Shown: positions 19,835 through 30,247 of the stretch, piece by piece | Layout of the letters: each line of letters opens with the position of its first letter | Position numbering within the stretch: the first letter of the stretch is position 1 | Source of the DNA: Planctomycetota bacterium | GTDB lineage: Bacteria > Planctomycetota > Planctomycetia > Pirellulales > Lacipirellulaceae | Assembly (NCBI GenBank): GCA_039190745.1 | Contig: JBCCXZ010000002.1 | Coordinates: 64,001 to 128,000 of the forward strand | DNA length: 64,000 bases | Direction of reading: 5' to 3' | Notes under the pieces: generated by a model | Database searches by the model: none | Seen by the model: the letters and a program-made list of their open reading frames with translations, nothing else | What the model was told of the DNA's origin: nothing | Position numbers and translations under genes: made by a program

Positions 19835-21121
19835 ATGGTCGCGTTCTTCACGATATCTCTGATCACCAACATGGTGTTGGGGTACGCGCTGGCGGTCTAC
19901 CTGGGCGGCGCCCGCTGGCCTTGGGAAGACGAGCCCGTCGGAGTACTCGACCGTGAGGTGGCAGAAGCCCAGTCTCGTCGGATCGAGGCGATGATCGGAG
20001 CCGAGAGCCGTACAGCAGAGAGGTCCGAAGAGTCAGAAGAAGGAGAGCCGGAGCCTCAGGTCTCAGCTGTTGCCGAGTCGGTCGAGCCGAGCCCGGAAAC
20101 CGCGACCGAGGGCGACTCCGAGGAACAGAATCCTCCCGAGGAGCCGGCGGCCGTCGAAGCCGCCGAGACCCTCGACGAAGCCGAGTTGCTCGCGGCAGCG
20201 GAAGTTGCTGACGCTGGCGATGCGCCCGAGCAAGACGAAGAACGCTCTAGCGACGACAGTATCGCCGAGCCGATCGATGCCGAAGCAGAGCCTGAGCCAG
20301 AAACACTCGCCGCGGCCGGAGCCGACCTAGCGGAAGACAAGTCGGTTGCGGAAGCTCCAGCCGGCGAAGAAGTCGCTGAAGCAGACACAGCCGCCGAAGC
20401 CGAAGCGGAAAAAACCGTCGAGGCGACCGACTCCGATCCGGTTGTCACGATCGAAGAGCCGGAAGACGAGTTGGCCGCTGAAGCGGCGGAGCTTGCAGAG
20501 GCTGCGGAGGTCGCTGAAGAACTGGTCGTCGAGCCTGAATCGGAAAGTACAGAATCGGAAAGTACAGAATCGGACAGCCCAAAGCCCGGCAGCGAATCGT
20601 CGGAAATCGTCGAAGAGGCAGCGGACTCCGTCACCGCCGAAGAGGCGAGCGTTGAGTCTACGGCCAACGACCCTGCGGGCGTTGAGGCCCCGATCGAAGC
20701 TGCTGCTCCGGTTGAAACCGAACCCGCAGCCGAAGACTTCGATGGCGACGAATTGCTCGCCGCAGCGGAAGCGCTCGCGGACGAGGCGTCGGCAGCCACG
20801 GAGGCTCCCGTAGCGGATGAGCCTGCGTTAGAGGCGGTGATCGAAGAGCCGTCGGCCGAAGCAGTTCAAGAAACTGAACCAACGACCGAGCCCGCAGAAC
20901 AGGCGTCCGCTGCCCCGGAAGACGACATCATGAAAGGCCTGGAGGCGTTCCGCAATCAGCTCTCCAGCGCCCGTGAGTCTTCGTCTCTCGACGGCATGCG
21001 GAACAGCAAACCTAAGACACAAGACGAAGCCGAGGAGCCCAAAGAAGAGGGCTCGACGCTCGACGACGCGCTGGCCGGCATCGAGGCGTTCCGCCAACAG
21101 CTCGCGAACATGAACGAGTAA
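19835..21121 (+). CDS. Membrane-anchored, highly acidic low-complexity protein
   Basis: N-terminal TM (FFTISLITNMVLGYALAVYLG), long E/A/D/P-rich region, repeated C-terminal helices. Start could instead be 19790. Confidence 0.8.
   Translation: MVAFFTISLITNMVLGYALAVYLGGARWPWEDEPVGVLDREVAEAQSRRIEAMIGAESRTAERSEESEEGEPEPQVSAVAESVEPSPETATEGDSEEQNPPEEPAAVEAAETLDEAELLAAAEVADAGDAPEQDEERSSDDSIAEPIDAEAEPEPETLAAAGADLAEDKSVAEAPAGEEVAEADTAAEAEAEKTVEATDSDPVVTIEEPEDELAAEAAELAEAAEVAEELVVEPESESTESESTESDSPKPGSESSEIVEEAADSVTAEEASVESTANDPAGVEAPIEAAAPVETEPAAEDFDGDELLAAAEALADEASAATEAPVADEPALEAVIEEPSAEAVQETEPTTEPAEQASAAPEDDIMKGLEAFRNQLSSARESSSLDGMRNSKPKTQDEAEEPKEEGSTLDDALAGIEAFRQQLANMNE
20537..20574 (+). repeat. 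In-frame 15-bp tandem repeat (about 2.5 copies)
   Basis: GAATCGGAAAGTACA x2 plus GAATCGGA, encoding ESEST-ESEST-ESD. Confidence 0.85.
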
Positions 21122-21147
21122 GCACACCGCTCGGTCGTGCCAGGGAT

Positions 21148-21615
21148 TCATTCGTCGGCGAGCTCGAACACCGCTTCGATCTCCACGGCCATGCCTGCCG
21201 GCAAAGAAGCAGCCCCGATCGCGCTGCGGGCCGCGACGCCGTTGTCTTCTCCGAAGACGTCCCGCATCAGTTCGCTAAAGCCGTTGATCACCGCGGCGTG
21301 GCCGGTGAAGTCGCTGGTCGCCTGAACCAGGCCGAAGGTCTTCACAAGACGCGCAACCACGTCGAGCGAGCCGAACTCGGCACGGAGCGTGGCGAGCATG
21401 GCGAGGCCGGTCTGACGGGCGGCCTGGTAGCCTTCCTCGGCGGTCATGTCGTCGCCGACACGCCCCGTGATGAGCCTCTTGTCGGCCAGCAGCGGGCCGT
21501 GACCCGAGGTGTACGCCAGCCCTCCGACACGGAGGACAGGGCGGTAGAGCCCGAGGGCTTCGCCGGCGGGCGGCAGCTCAAGGCCGAGCTCTTGTATGCG
21601 TTGGTCGAAACTCAT
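21148..21615 (-). CDS. RidA/YjgF family protein
   Basis: LGLELP, YTSGHGP, VINGFSELMRDVFG, ARSAIGAASLP...VEIE. Confidence 0.9.
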   Translation of the reverse strand: MSFDQRIQELGLELPPAGEALGLYRPVLRVGGLAYTSGHGPLLADKRLITGRVGDDMTAEEGYQAARQTGLAMLATLRAEFGSLDVVARLVKTFGLVQATSDFTGHAAVINGFSELMRDVFGEDNGVAARSAIGAASLPAGMAVEIEAVFELADE

Positions 21616-21689
21616 CGGGCCGTCTCTGAATCTAGTGTGCTCTGGTGTGCGTCGCGCAATCGGGCTCGGAGAGCCCCCTACAGTGAGAT

Positions 21690-22067
21690 CTATTCGCCGT
21701 AGACTTCTTGGGGATCGACGACTGGCTGGGAAGTAATCTGCCATGCGTCGCCGTTGCGCTTGCGGAAAAAGCAACTGCTGTAGCCCTCGTGACAGGCCGC
21801 CCCCCGCTGGTGGACGCGGAGCAGGATGGCGTCTCCGTCGCAGTCGACACGGGCCTCAACCAGCTGTTGAACGTGGCCGCTGGTCTCGCCCTTCTTCCAG
21901 AGCCGGTTGCGGCTGCGGCTGAAAAAGACGGCGACCCCTCCGCGGAGCGTTTCCTGCCACGCCTCTTCGTTCATGTAGGCAAGCATCAGCACCTGCTCGG
22001 TGCGGGCGTCTTGCACCACCGCGGGCAGGAGGCCCCCGCCGCGGCTGAAGTCTGGCAAGTCGGCCAC
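21690..22067 (-). CDS. hisI: Phosphoribosyl-AMP cyclohydrolase
   Basis: GLLPAVVQD, VLMLAYMN, SRSRNRLWKKGETSGH, DCDGD, ACHEGYSSCF. Confidence 0.95.
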   Translation of the reverse strand: MADLPDFSRGGGLLPAVVQDARTEQVLMLAYMNEEAWQETLRGGVAVFFSRSRNRLWKKGETSGHVQQLVEARVDCDGDAILLRVHQRGAACHEGYSSCFFRKRNGDAWQITSQPVVDPQEVYGE

Positions 22068-22341
22068 TCTGGTTGCTCCGGTTTCGTTCGCCGAGGAGTC
22101 TGCGTTCTGACGGCGGTCTACAGCTCGCTCTATAGCCTCGCCAAGGTGGCATCATAACTGAGCAAGGACGGGAAGCCTACGCGCGGGGTTCGGTCGGTGC
22201 TTCCCGCACGATCGGGAAAGGCGCTCCGGATTGCCGCGGGTTGCAGCGGAAACGGCGGGCGGCCCGATACCTGGGACGTGAGGGAGGCGGAACCGCCCCG
22301 CCGTTTTGCCTCGCCGCCGCAGCCCCTCAAGGGAGACGCCC

Positions 22342-22953
22342 GTGCCCCAGCCGAAGACGCCCCAGCCGACGCCCCTCCTGCCGACGATCGTCCTGCCGGT
22401 CCACAACGGCGAGCGCGACCTGCAACGCAGGGTCGCCGCCGTCCTGGAAGTCGCCGCCGACCTCGGCATCGAAGTGCGCGTTGCGGTCGTCGACGACGGC
22501 TCGGTCGATCAGACGTACGAAGCCGCCTGCGAGATTTCCCGCGTCTTCCCTCAGGTGGCGGCGTTGCGGCAACCGGTGCGGAGCGGCCTGAAGGCGGTCC
22601 TGCGGCGTGCCGGCCAGAGGTACCCCGGCGCCGCGGCGATTGTGCACAACGGGGTCGACCAGATCGACGCGGGTTTGCTCCGCAGCATGCTCGAGCCGTT
22701 GGCCAACCGGGGCTCGGCTCCGGCTTCGCACCGTTCGCCGTCTCGGGGCTCTCGTCGGTTGGGCGAGCTGCAGCGCCTGCAAGAGAACATGGAGCGTGCC
22801 CACCGCTCGCCGGGCATGTTCATCCGCGTCCGCCTGGAGGAGTCTGAAGCGGAAACGTTACGCAAGCCGGCCCCGGCTCCGAAGGGCGCCGCCGTAGCTC
22901 CCGCGACTTGGACAGGCTCTTCGATGACGACGGGAATGCCCCAAACGTTCTGA
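22342..22953 (+). CDS. Glycosyltransferase family 2-like protein (degenerate)
   Basis: IVLPVHNGE and VVDDGSVDQT GT2 motifs; start uncertain (GTG). Confidence 0.65.
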   Translation: MPQPKTPQPTPLLPTIVLPVHNGERDLQRRVAAVLEVAADLGIEVRVAVVDDGSVDQTYEAACEISRVFPQVAALRQPVRSGLKAVLRRAGQRYPGAAAIVHNGVDQIDAGLLRSMLEPLANRGSAPASHRSPSRGSRRLGELQRLQENMERAHRSPGMFIRVRLEESEAETLRKPAPAPKGAAVAPATWTGSSMTTGMPQTF

Positions 22954-23467
22954 GGAAGTCCTGCCGCTTTCGTTCCTCGGATAATTCCACGGCGTTGAAG
23001 TGCTTTACCAAACCGAGCGGGCGGAGCGCGAGCTCGGGGGCCTCGGTTCCAAAAAGAGAGTGTCCACTGCGCAATCGTGTGGTGACACCGCAAGTACCGG
23101 CCGCACCTTACGTTGCAACTCGCTTGTTTCGCTTGTCGCGGGCGATGCCGTGTGTATGATGTCGTCGGCCAGAGGATGAGGAGCCGGCGGAGACGCCGCT
23201 TTCAACTCAATCGGTCGACCCTCGGCAGGGGCAAAACCTTTCTTGGCTGGTAGGTTCTGCGAAGGGTCTCAAAAGCGGTAGCGCGGCACTGATCGCTGGC
23301 GGCTGCACACTTATCTCATTTGAACCAGCAGATCTATTTTTACCGCGGCACCGCCGATCGGGCTGCGCAGCAAGCGTTTGGACACGCTCAGCGATTCTCG
23401 CGAGCTTGCTGCCCCACCCTCGATGGCGCACTCGGCGTGCAGCGGCCAGCCAGGGAGCACAGAAGGC

Positions 23468-24004
23468 ATGAGCACCGCGAATTACGACGTGAACACCGGT
23501 GGAGTGGGCGTGGCGGGAGGGATAGCAGCCTTGAGTAGCAACACACGCCCGCTCCATCGGCTTCGAGAAGTGCGTCACCAGCAGGGGGTTTCGCTGCGGT
23601 CCGCCGCGCGGAAGCTCGGGGTGAGCATCCAGGACGTGCGGCATCAGGAATCGCCGGGGACCGACCTGCCGATCTCGACGCTGCTTCGCTGGCAGGCGGT
23701 GCTAGAGGTGCCGCTGAGCGACCTGCTCGTGGACTGCGACGGGCCGCTCTCCGACCCGGTTGAGAAGCGCGCAGCGATGCTCCGCGTGATGAAGACCGCC
23801 AAGGCTTTGTCCGAGGCGACGGCCGGACGGCAAGAGCAGAAGGTCGCCGAGATGCTGGTCGACCAGCTCATCGCCTTGATGCCCGAGCTGGCGGAGGTCT
23901 CCGCGTGGCACACGGTCGGTCAGCGACGGACCCAGGACGAGGTGGGCCGGATCGTCGAGAGGACGATCCCCGACACGTTCTTCTCTTCCGATTCGGTGAC
24001 CTGA
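23468..24004 (+). CDS. XRE-family helix-turn-helix protein
   Basis: LHRLREVRHQQGVSLRSAARKLG...QES..DLPISTLLRWQAVLEVPLSDLL; RBS-like AGAAGG before the ATG. Confidence 0.82.
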   Translation: MSTANYDVNTGGVGVAGGIAALSSNTRPLHRLREVRHQQGVSLRSAARKLGVSIQDVRHQESPGTDLPISTLLRWQAVLEVPLSDLLVDCDGPLSDPVEKRAAMLRVMKTAKALSEATAGRQEQKVAEMLVDQLIALMPELAEVSAWHTVGQRRTQDEVGRIVERTIPDTFFSSDSVT

Positions 24005-27000
24005 TCAAACGCGGCCTTGCACGGCGCCGCTCGGCGCGGGCGTTGCAGACCCGTTCGCCGGGTCGGCGCGGTGTTGGGGGAGGCCCGCTGCGGCGAGCTG
24101 AACGGCGATACACGCAACCGCGCCCGCGGCGAGCAGCGCCTCGGCGGTGCTGAGCGGCAACGCTATTAGCGCAGCGACCGTGACCGCCAGCAAGGCGGGG
24201 AGGAACAGTGCCGCGAGTAGCGCGTCGGTCCAGCGGTACCTGGCGTGGCCCCAAGCGCCCGTTGCGAGAAGCAGAAGCAGAAGAACGCGCTCGGAAGATG
24301 CGCCGCCGGCCGAGGGCTTGGCCGGGAGGTCGGCAACCGGTTCGGAGGTCGTGAAGCTCAGCCGCTGGTCGGCCGGTGCGCCGAACGGGCCGTGGGACTT
24401 GTCAGCCCAACCGGGGGCGCGTGTCTCCCGTAGCCAAGCGTCCCACTCGCTCTCGAGCAGCAGTTGCCTCGCCGCGTCCTGCTCTGCCGAGGCGATCCAG
24501 TCCGTCTCGAACTCTGAAGCAAGAGCTAAGCTTTCCGGAATTGCCGCGGGGTCAGTCAAGAGAATAGACCGGCCCCTTGCCGGGGACACTCGCCAGTAAA
24601 ATCCTCCGTCGCCGATCAGACTCTGGTCCTGATACCACCTCGGTGCGTGGAGTTCCGACGCTTCGCGGGGAAGGCCGTACCAGGCCTCGACTAAACGCGG
24701 GACGCCGGGCGGCTGCACCTCCACGCGGACCCGGGTCGTCCAATCCGCAGACCGCGGGGCCCGGACGCCGCCGACCTCAAGCCGCAGCAGGCTAGCTTCG
24801 TCCGGTAGCCGCAGTTCGAGTCCTTCGCTCGCGCCGGAGGCTACCAGCACCCGGGCCCTGGCCAGCGTGGCGCCGGTTGAGTCGACCACCGCCTCAACAA
24901 GGGTTGGTCCGATCTCTGCTATGGTGTGTAGATTCTCGGCCGACACCGCTTTGCCGCGCGGTGCGCCGGCGTCCAACCGGTACGCAAGGACGTCGTGGCT
25001 GGATTCGTCTGACCCCAAGAGTCCCGGTGGGAGAGGCGTTTGCGAACCGTCTGCAGAAGCAAGCCGCTTCAACATCACCTGACCTGGGGAGACCCGGACG
25101 AACGCCCGCTCTTCTGCAGCGTCGGGGAAGCGCACCAGCACGTCTTCGGCCGAAGGCGCATCGATCTTCGCTTCTGCGGAGAGGCGGAACGGCAGCGCTC
25201 CCCCGGGCGTGAGCGGCTCGGGCAGGCGTAGCAGGATAGTGCGGCCTCGCGGGAGTGGCTCTGTCTTGGACGCACCGTCCCAAGCTATCCGTGCGTTCAG
25301 CCATGACTCGGGTAACTCGCAGGTGATCCATTCCACCGGGCCGTCGGCGGCTTCGACTAATCCGTCAAGCACGAGGCGACGACTCGCTTCCTTTTCCAAC
25401 CACTGCACGGCGGTGCTGACTTGAAACCGAGCCCCGTACTCCGACAACTTCACGCTCCCTGGGTTGGAAACCGACTCGGGCGACCAGCGGGCGTCGCCGG
25501 CGGGAATCGGTTCGTCACCGGCTGTTGCGACCGCGGCGGTAAGCTCAATTGGGACCGCGACCTCCGAAACATCGAGTCGAACCGCTCTCGCGTGCTCCAG
25601 AGACAACCGGTACGTCCCGGGCGGACTGCCTTCCAGCGCAACGCCGGGCAGGGGCATGAGGCCGTCTTCTAGAGGCGCCCGGCCTTCGAGCCGAATGGTG
25701 TGCGGCCCGCCGACTCTTTTCGGTAGGAACACGATCAATCTACCGGTGCTGGGGCGCGTGGTGCGAAGCGAGATCGGCTCTTCGCTCTCGTCGGTCACGG
25801 CCCAAGCCGCACGCAGCTCAAACGAAGGGTGCACCTCAAGCCGATGCAACGCAATCCGGCCTTCAACAGCTGTGATCGCTGCGGAGTAATCGACGCCAAC
25901 CGACGACCGATCGAAGTTGAGGCTGACCCGTTGCTCTGCCAAGAACTCGACGGGTTGCTCACGCACGTCGATGCGCCATGGTCGGTCGGCGTCGCGCGAC
26001 ACGAACGCGGCGTCTGGCTCCGACGGCTTGCTGGGCCAGGCGGACGCGAACGCGGCGGGGTCTGTCTCCTGGGCGCCCGGACGAAGGCGGAGCGAGTAAG
26101 CTAGCCCGGGTTCGACGGTCACCGCCCACTGGATGTCCGGTTCGGGGGCGCCCCCCCAGTCGATTTGGGGCTGGTAGATCCTGCCGATGCCGCCCGATCG
26201 ATCGGCTTCGAACGCCCTCACGGCCCCGGTATCGGTCGCGGAGCCGTTGGGGACTTCTCGGTATGGCACTGGTGTACGCAGCTTTGGGAAGGCCGGGCCT
26301 TCGCCGGCCTCACTTGTCGAATCGAACACCTTCAACCGGACCCTATCCCGGCCGATCCGCAGCCAGCACAACGCTGCCCGGGAGTTGGTCTGTTCATCGG
26401 CGGTCGCGTTCGGCGGATTGCTGAGAAGTAAATCCAATCGGTCGGTGTGGCCCGTCCGCAGCGAGGCCAGGCCCTCGGCGTCGGCCCTGGAAAAAGCGTT
26501 GGTGGTGACGCACTGAACATGGGCGCCCGGCTTCAAGCCGACGACCCGGACGATGGCTTTCGCCGCACGCGGAACCGCCAAGCTAAGACGACCGTATGTC
26601 CCGTCTCTCTCGTGGTCGAAACGGCAAGGCAGCTCGACGCGGTACCGCCCGAGACCGGGGAGATTGAATTGGCAGCGGTCGCCTCCGGCATTCCATTGCA
26701 CCGGCTGTCGGATCCCGGCGACCTGAGCGGTGGCCGACCACTGAGCTTCTTCGCGGCGGATGGCGAGTTCGACCCGGCCGCTGCTGTTGCGGCAATCGAT
26801 GTCCCACACGCAACGCCAGTCTCCGGTCTGTGCGTCGCCCCTGTACTCTGCGTTCACAATGACGAAGCCTAAGCGGCTTTCTGCTCGCGGGTCTGCGATC
26901 TCAGCAAGAAGCCGAATCGCCGTCTCGGATGCGAGCGGGTTGCCGAGCTGGTAATCGGTTCGGTCGAACGGAAGGACGACCACAGACGGCGCGGGGTCAA

Positions 27001-30000
27001 CGTTTGGCGTAGCGTCGGCCGCCATTGCCGAGCGGCTCTCGGCGGTGGCCAAGAGGGCGAACACGAACAGACACGCGGCCGGCGCCGAGGAATGGACGCC
27101 CTCGGCTGCTTGGGAAGCACGGCCCGCCCGACCAACCCAGCATGCGCAAACCGCTCCGAGGATCGCCCCTGCGAACAACGGGTGCGCGAGCCACAACCAG
27201 CCGGGGGGGCCGAGCACTACCGCAGCTGTCGCAATGCAGATGAGCACGGCCCGGGCGCGGGTCGCCCGCCGAAGCACTACCGTCACTCCCGTGGCGGCAG
27301 CCAGTCCGAGGACCCAAGACGGCTCGAACGCCTCGGCGACGCGGTAGAAGGTGATGGGTTCGGGTCCGCCGACCAAGTCGAATCGATAGGGCGTCCAACC
27401 GGGGAACGCCGGCCGTTGTCGACCCGAACCGGCGGGGCCAGCAGTTTGATTGCGAACGACGCCAAACGGCCCGGCGATCCGACTCCAAACCGATGTGCCG
27501 TCAGGCCCGGTTGACGAGAGACAAGCCCGATACCCGGGCGGGGCCCAAGCCACAACGCGGCGTTTTCCAAGTGTGGCTACGCCGGCTGCTTCTGCGGGGG
27601 TTGTTGTGACGCCGCCCCATTCTCGAAGCAACTCGGTTTCGAATCCCACGCGTACTCGCCCTGGAGACTCGCCCCGGAGCAGCGACGCTTCGATGGCCGA
27701 AGTCCGCTGCGAAGGAGCAAGAAGCCGCCGCGCTTCTCCCGAAGCTTGGACCCATGCGTTGCTAGCGTTCGGCGGCAACGGGTACCCCGCAGACCACGGT
27801 GCGAGTGAGTTTGTGCGGAACTCAACCTCGTGGATGGCGCGCCCGTCCGCGAGGTACACCACGTGGTGCTCGGAGTCGTCCGATGAAGGCTGCCCTGCTT
27901 CAGAGCTCCCGGCTGAGCCCTCCTGGGGCAAGACCATCGGCAGCGTCCTGGGGCCCCAGAACCTGCGCGGCGGCAGCCGGTAAGCGGCGACAAGTGGCAA
28001 GGTATCGGCCGGCTCGGGCTGTTCCGCCCCCGGCAATGGCGCGGCAACGGCCCCGCCCGGGCGGACCGATACTCTGCCCGGAGGGGCCCTCACAGCGAGC
28101 CAACTCTGCTGCATCGCGGCGCGGGGGAATCGGATCGCATTACAGCTGGCGTGCGTCTCGGCGACTTCTTCGCACTCGATGTGCAGAACGTACGGCGCTG
28201 GGAGATCGGCCGGGATGCTCAACGTGTAAACGGCCTCGTCTTCTGCATACTCCGAGACGGTGGGCGGCGCTTCGATCCGTTCGCCGTCAGACTCCAGGAA
28301 GAACCGGGCGCCTTCGGGGAGGGGCCTCTGGAATCGGAAGACGAGCGCCGAAAGAGAGCCCCGCTGAGGAGTGGCCTCGCAGCGGTAGCGGTAACGGAAC
28401 TCGTCGCCGCAATCGATCTGCAAGACGCTTTCCACAGAAAAAACGGGGGGCGCCGCTCCGAGCGAAACACGCTGATCGGGCCCGAGTACGCTCAATTCGA
28501 TGGCCTGCTGCCCAAGGCTCATCGCTTCGACAGCGCCGAAAGATTCGGCATAGGACTCGTCGGAGAGCAAAGCCCCGTCGAGAGCCGCCCCGCGATCGGG
28601 CAGCAGTTCTAAGTCGCGGTCTACTAGGAGCGCGTGAGAACGGTTCGTGTCGTCTTGCCACTCGCAGAGCCTTAGCTCGCGTGCAGTGGGCGACGCCAAC
28701 TCGGCGGCGGCGGGTAGTCGGCCGTCGGCCCGCACAACCAAGCGGTCGCCGCCGGTGAGCGGTTCGGACAACGCGACACTGAGCCGACCGTCTCGACGCT
28801 GCCACGAGCGCAGCCGCTCGGGCGGTTCGGTCTCGACCGATTCGATTTCCCACTCGGTCGTGAGGACCCCTTCGATTTGGAAGATGGGCCCCGACTCGAC
28901 GACAAGTTCGGTAGCAAGCGCGCCGGAGGATTCGATCGAACCGAGGTCGATCCGGCTCACGCTGCGTGCGGCGAACGCGCGACGCTGTTGGTGGATCACG
29001 ACTTTGAGTCGGGCAGAGGGGGAATGGTGCGTCGCGGACGCCGCTCGGCCGGCCCCCCCCTCTGCAGGCGATCGGGGCTCGGCAGTGATCGAGGCGTCCT
29101 CCGCTTGCAGATCGATCAGCCGCAGCCCACTGTCGAGTTCCAGCTCCGTCGAACCTTCGGTCCACTCGCCGCTGGATACCCGAATGGCGGGCAGTTCGAA
29201 GGGCCGCCCCAGGACGAGCGGCGAAAGCGTGCGGCAGACGATCGTGCCGGGGGAGCCGGCGAGCAAAGCTAGCTTCACGGATGTCGGCCCGTGCGGCATG
29301 CGTTCGGCCTGTGCACCGTCTGAGGATTGCTCGACCGCGGTGAGCACAGCGTCCCCACGGAGCGACAAGTCGATAGCCCCGTCGATGGGTTCGTCCCGTC
29401 GAAACCGGACCACGTGTTCCCCATGGATGCCTCCGCGGTCGACGCTGAACCGGCTGTGGCAACTCCAGCGGCAGGCCGGTCGTCGGGCGGGATCGCGCTT
29501 CTCGGTAACGCGGAGCCGGTACGCATCGGCGGGAGCGAGCGTGTACCGCAGGGCTTGGGGGGTCGCTTGGTCTTGGTCGGTAGGGCGCTGCGCCGCGTCG
29601 CTCAGATCCGCCTCGCGTCCTTCGGGCAGTTTCAAGTCGAGTACGGCCTTGGTCGCAAGGGGGAGCGAGAACACGTACTCGACCGAAGGGTTGCGGTGCG
29701 CCTGCCGGAACGGTTTGGAAGAGGCCGACCAGGTGATTTCCAGAACGCCGGGCCTCGGCACTGCCACCCCGAAAACGGCTCCCCCCGCCGCGCTGTTCCA
29801 GTACCCGAGAGCGACCGGCTCTTCCGGCCGGTCGACCCATGCGGCGGACTCGACCTGGACGTCCATCGGAGCCAGCCGCAGCACCGAGTTCGTCTTTGCC
29901 GAAGGCAAACGCTCCAGTTGCAATCGGGAGACACCCGCCAAGCGATGGCGTGCGGGCTGCTCCTCGATCTGGTGAGCCGCGCTACTAATCCAAACCGCTG

Positions 30001-30247
30001 ACTGCGAGCCGACGCCTCTGGAGTCGCCGTGAAGTAGTAAGAGGTAGTCTTCTTGTCCGATGTCGACGAGCGGCCCGGTGAGGGGGAGGACCGATTCCAG
30101 GGCGTCCGCGGGGACGAAGAGCCGAGGCACCGGCGGGGCGGTGTTCGAGTGCGACTCTTCTTCCGCATCGGCGCGGCTTACTAAGGGCTCCGCCGTGAGG
30201 CAGGCCAGGACAACTAGACAGCAGGTGGCGGCGCGCGAGTACCTCAA
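24005..30247 (-). CDS. Giant (2080 aa) hypothetical exported/membrane protein
   Basis: Uninterrupted ORF, signal peptide, central and C-terminal hydrophobic helix clusters; TTG start overlaps the upstream stop. Confidence 0.8.
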   Translation of the reverse strand: MRYSRAATCCLVVLACLTAEPLVSRADAEEESHSNTAPPVPRLFVPADALESVLPLTGPLVDIGQEDYLLLLHGDSRGVGSQSAVWISSAAHQIEEQPARHRLAGVSRLQLERLPSAKTNSVLRLAPMDVQVESAAWVDRPEEPVALGYWNSAAGGAVFGVAVPRPGVLEITWSASSKPFRQAHRNPSVEYVFSLPLATKAVLDLKLPEGREADLSDAAQRPTDQDQATPQALRYTLAPADAYRLRVTEKRDPARRPACRWSCHSRFSVDRGGIHGEHVVRFRRDEPIDGAIDLSLRGDAVLTAVEQSSDGAQAERMPHGPTSVKLALLAGSPGTIVCRTLSPLVLGRPFELPAIRVSSGEWTEGSTELELDSGLRLIDLQAEDASITAEPRSPAEGGAGRAASATHHSPSARLKVVIHQQRRAFAARSVSRIDLGSIESSGALATELVVESGPIFQIEGVLTTEWEIESVETEPPERLRSWQRRDGRLSVALSEPLTGGDRLVVRADGRLPAAAELASPTARELRLCEWQDDTNRSHALLVDRDLELLPDRGAALDGALLSDESYAESFGAVEAMSLGQQAIELSVLGPDQRVSLGAAPPVFSVESVLQIDCGDEFRYRYRCEATPQRGSLSALVFRFQRPLPEGARFFLESDGERIEAPPTVSEYAEDEAVYTLSIPADLPAPYVLHIECEEVAETHASCNAIRFPRAAMQQSWLAVRAPPGRVSVRPGGAVAAPLPGAEQPEPADTLPLVAAYRLPPRRFWGPRTLPMVLPQEGSAGSSEAGQPSSDDSEHHVVYLADGRAIHEVEFRTNSLAPWSAGYPLPPNASNAWVQASGEARRLLAPSQRTSAIEASLLRGESPGRVRVGFETELLREWGGVTTTPAEAAGVATLGKRRVVAWAPPGYRACLSSTGPDGTSVWSRIAGPFGVVRNQTAGPAGSGRQRPAFPGWTPYRFDLVGGPEPITFYRVAEAFEPSWVLGLAAATGVTVVLRRATRARAVLICIATAAVVLGPPGWLWLAHPLFAGAILGAVCACWVGRAGRASQAAEGVHSSAPAACLFVFALLATAESRSAMAADATPNVDPAPSVVVLPFDRTDYQLGNPLASETAIRLLAEIADPRAESRLGFVIVNAEYRGDAQTGDWRCVWDIDCRNSSGRVELAIRREEAQWSATAQVAGIRQPVQWNAGGDRCQFNLPGLGRYRVELPCRFDHERDGTYGRLSLAVPRAAKAIVRVVGLKPGAHVQCVTTNAFSRADAEGLASLRTGHTDRLDLLLSNPPNATADEQTNSRAALCWLRIGRDRVRLKVFDSTSEAGEGPAFPKLRTPVPYREVPNGSATDTGAVRAFEADRSGGIGRIYQPQIDWGGAPEPDIQWAVTVEPGLAYSLRLRPGAQETDPAAFASAWPSKPSEPDAAFVSRDADRPWRIDVREQPVEFLAEQRVSLNFDRSSVGVDYSAAITAVEGRIALHRLEVHPSFELRAAWAVTDESEEPISLRTTRPSTGRLIVFLPKRVGGPHTIRLEGRAPLEDGLMPLPGVALEGSPPGTYRLSLEHARAVRLDVSEVAVPIELTAAVATAGDEPIPAGDARWSPESVSNPGSVKLSEYGARFQVSTAVQWLEKEASRRLVLDGLVEAADGPVEWITCELPESWLNARIAWDGASKTEPLPRGRTILLRLPEPLTPGGALPFRLSAEAKIDAPSAEDVLVRFPDAAEERAFVRVSPGQVMLKRLASADGSQTPLPPGLLGSDESSHDVLAYRLDAGAPRGKAVSAENLHTIAEIGPTLVEAVVDSTGATLARARVLVASGASEGLELRLPDEASLLRLEVGGVRAPRSADWTTRVRVEVQPPGVPRLVEAWYGLPREASELHAPRWYQDQSLIGDGGFYWRVSPARGRSILLTDPAAIPESLALASEFETDWIASAEQDAARQLLLESEWDAWLRETRAPGWADKSHGPFGAPADQRLSFTTSEPVADLPAKPSAGGASSERVLLLLLLATGAWGHARYRWTDALLAALFLPALLAVTVAALIALPLSTAEALLAAGAVACIAVQLAAAGLPQHRADPANGSATPAPSGAVQGRV

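Noticed and set aside
23210..23310. c-di-GMP-I riboswitch suggested by GGGCAAAACC
   Set aside because: Lacks the GNRA tetraloop stem and the GACGCAAAGC junction.
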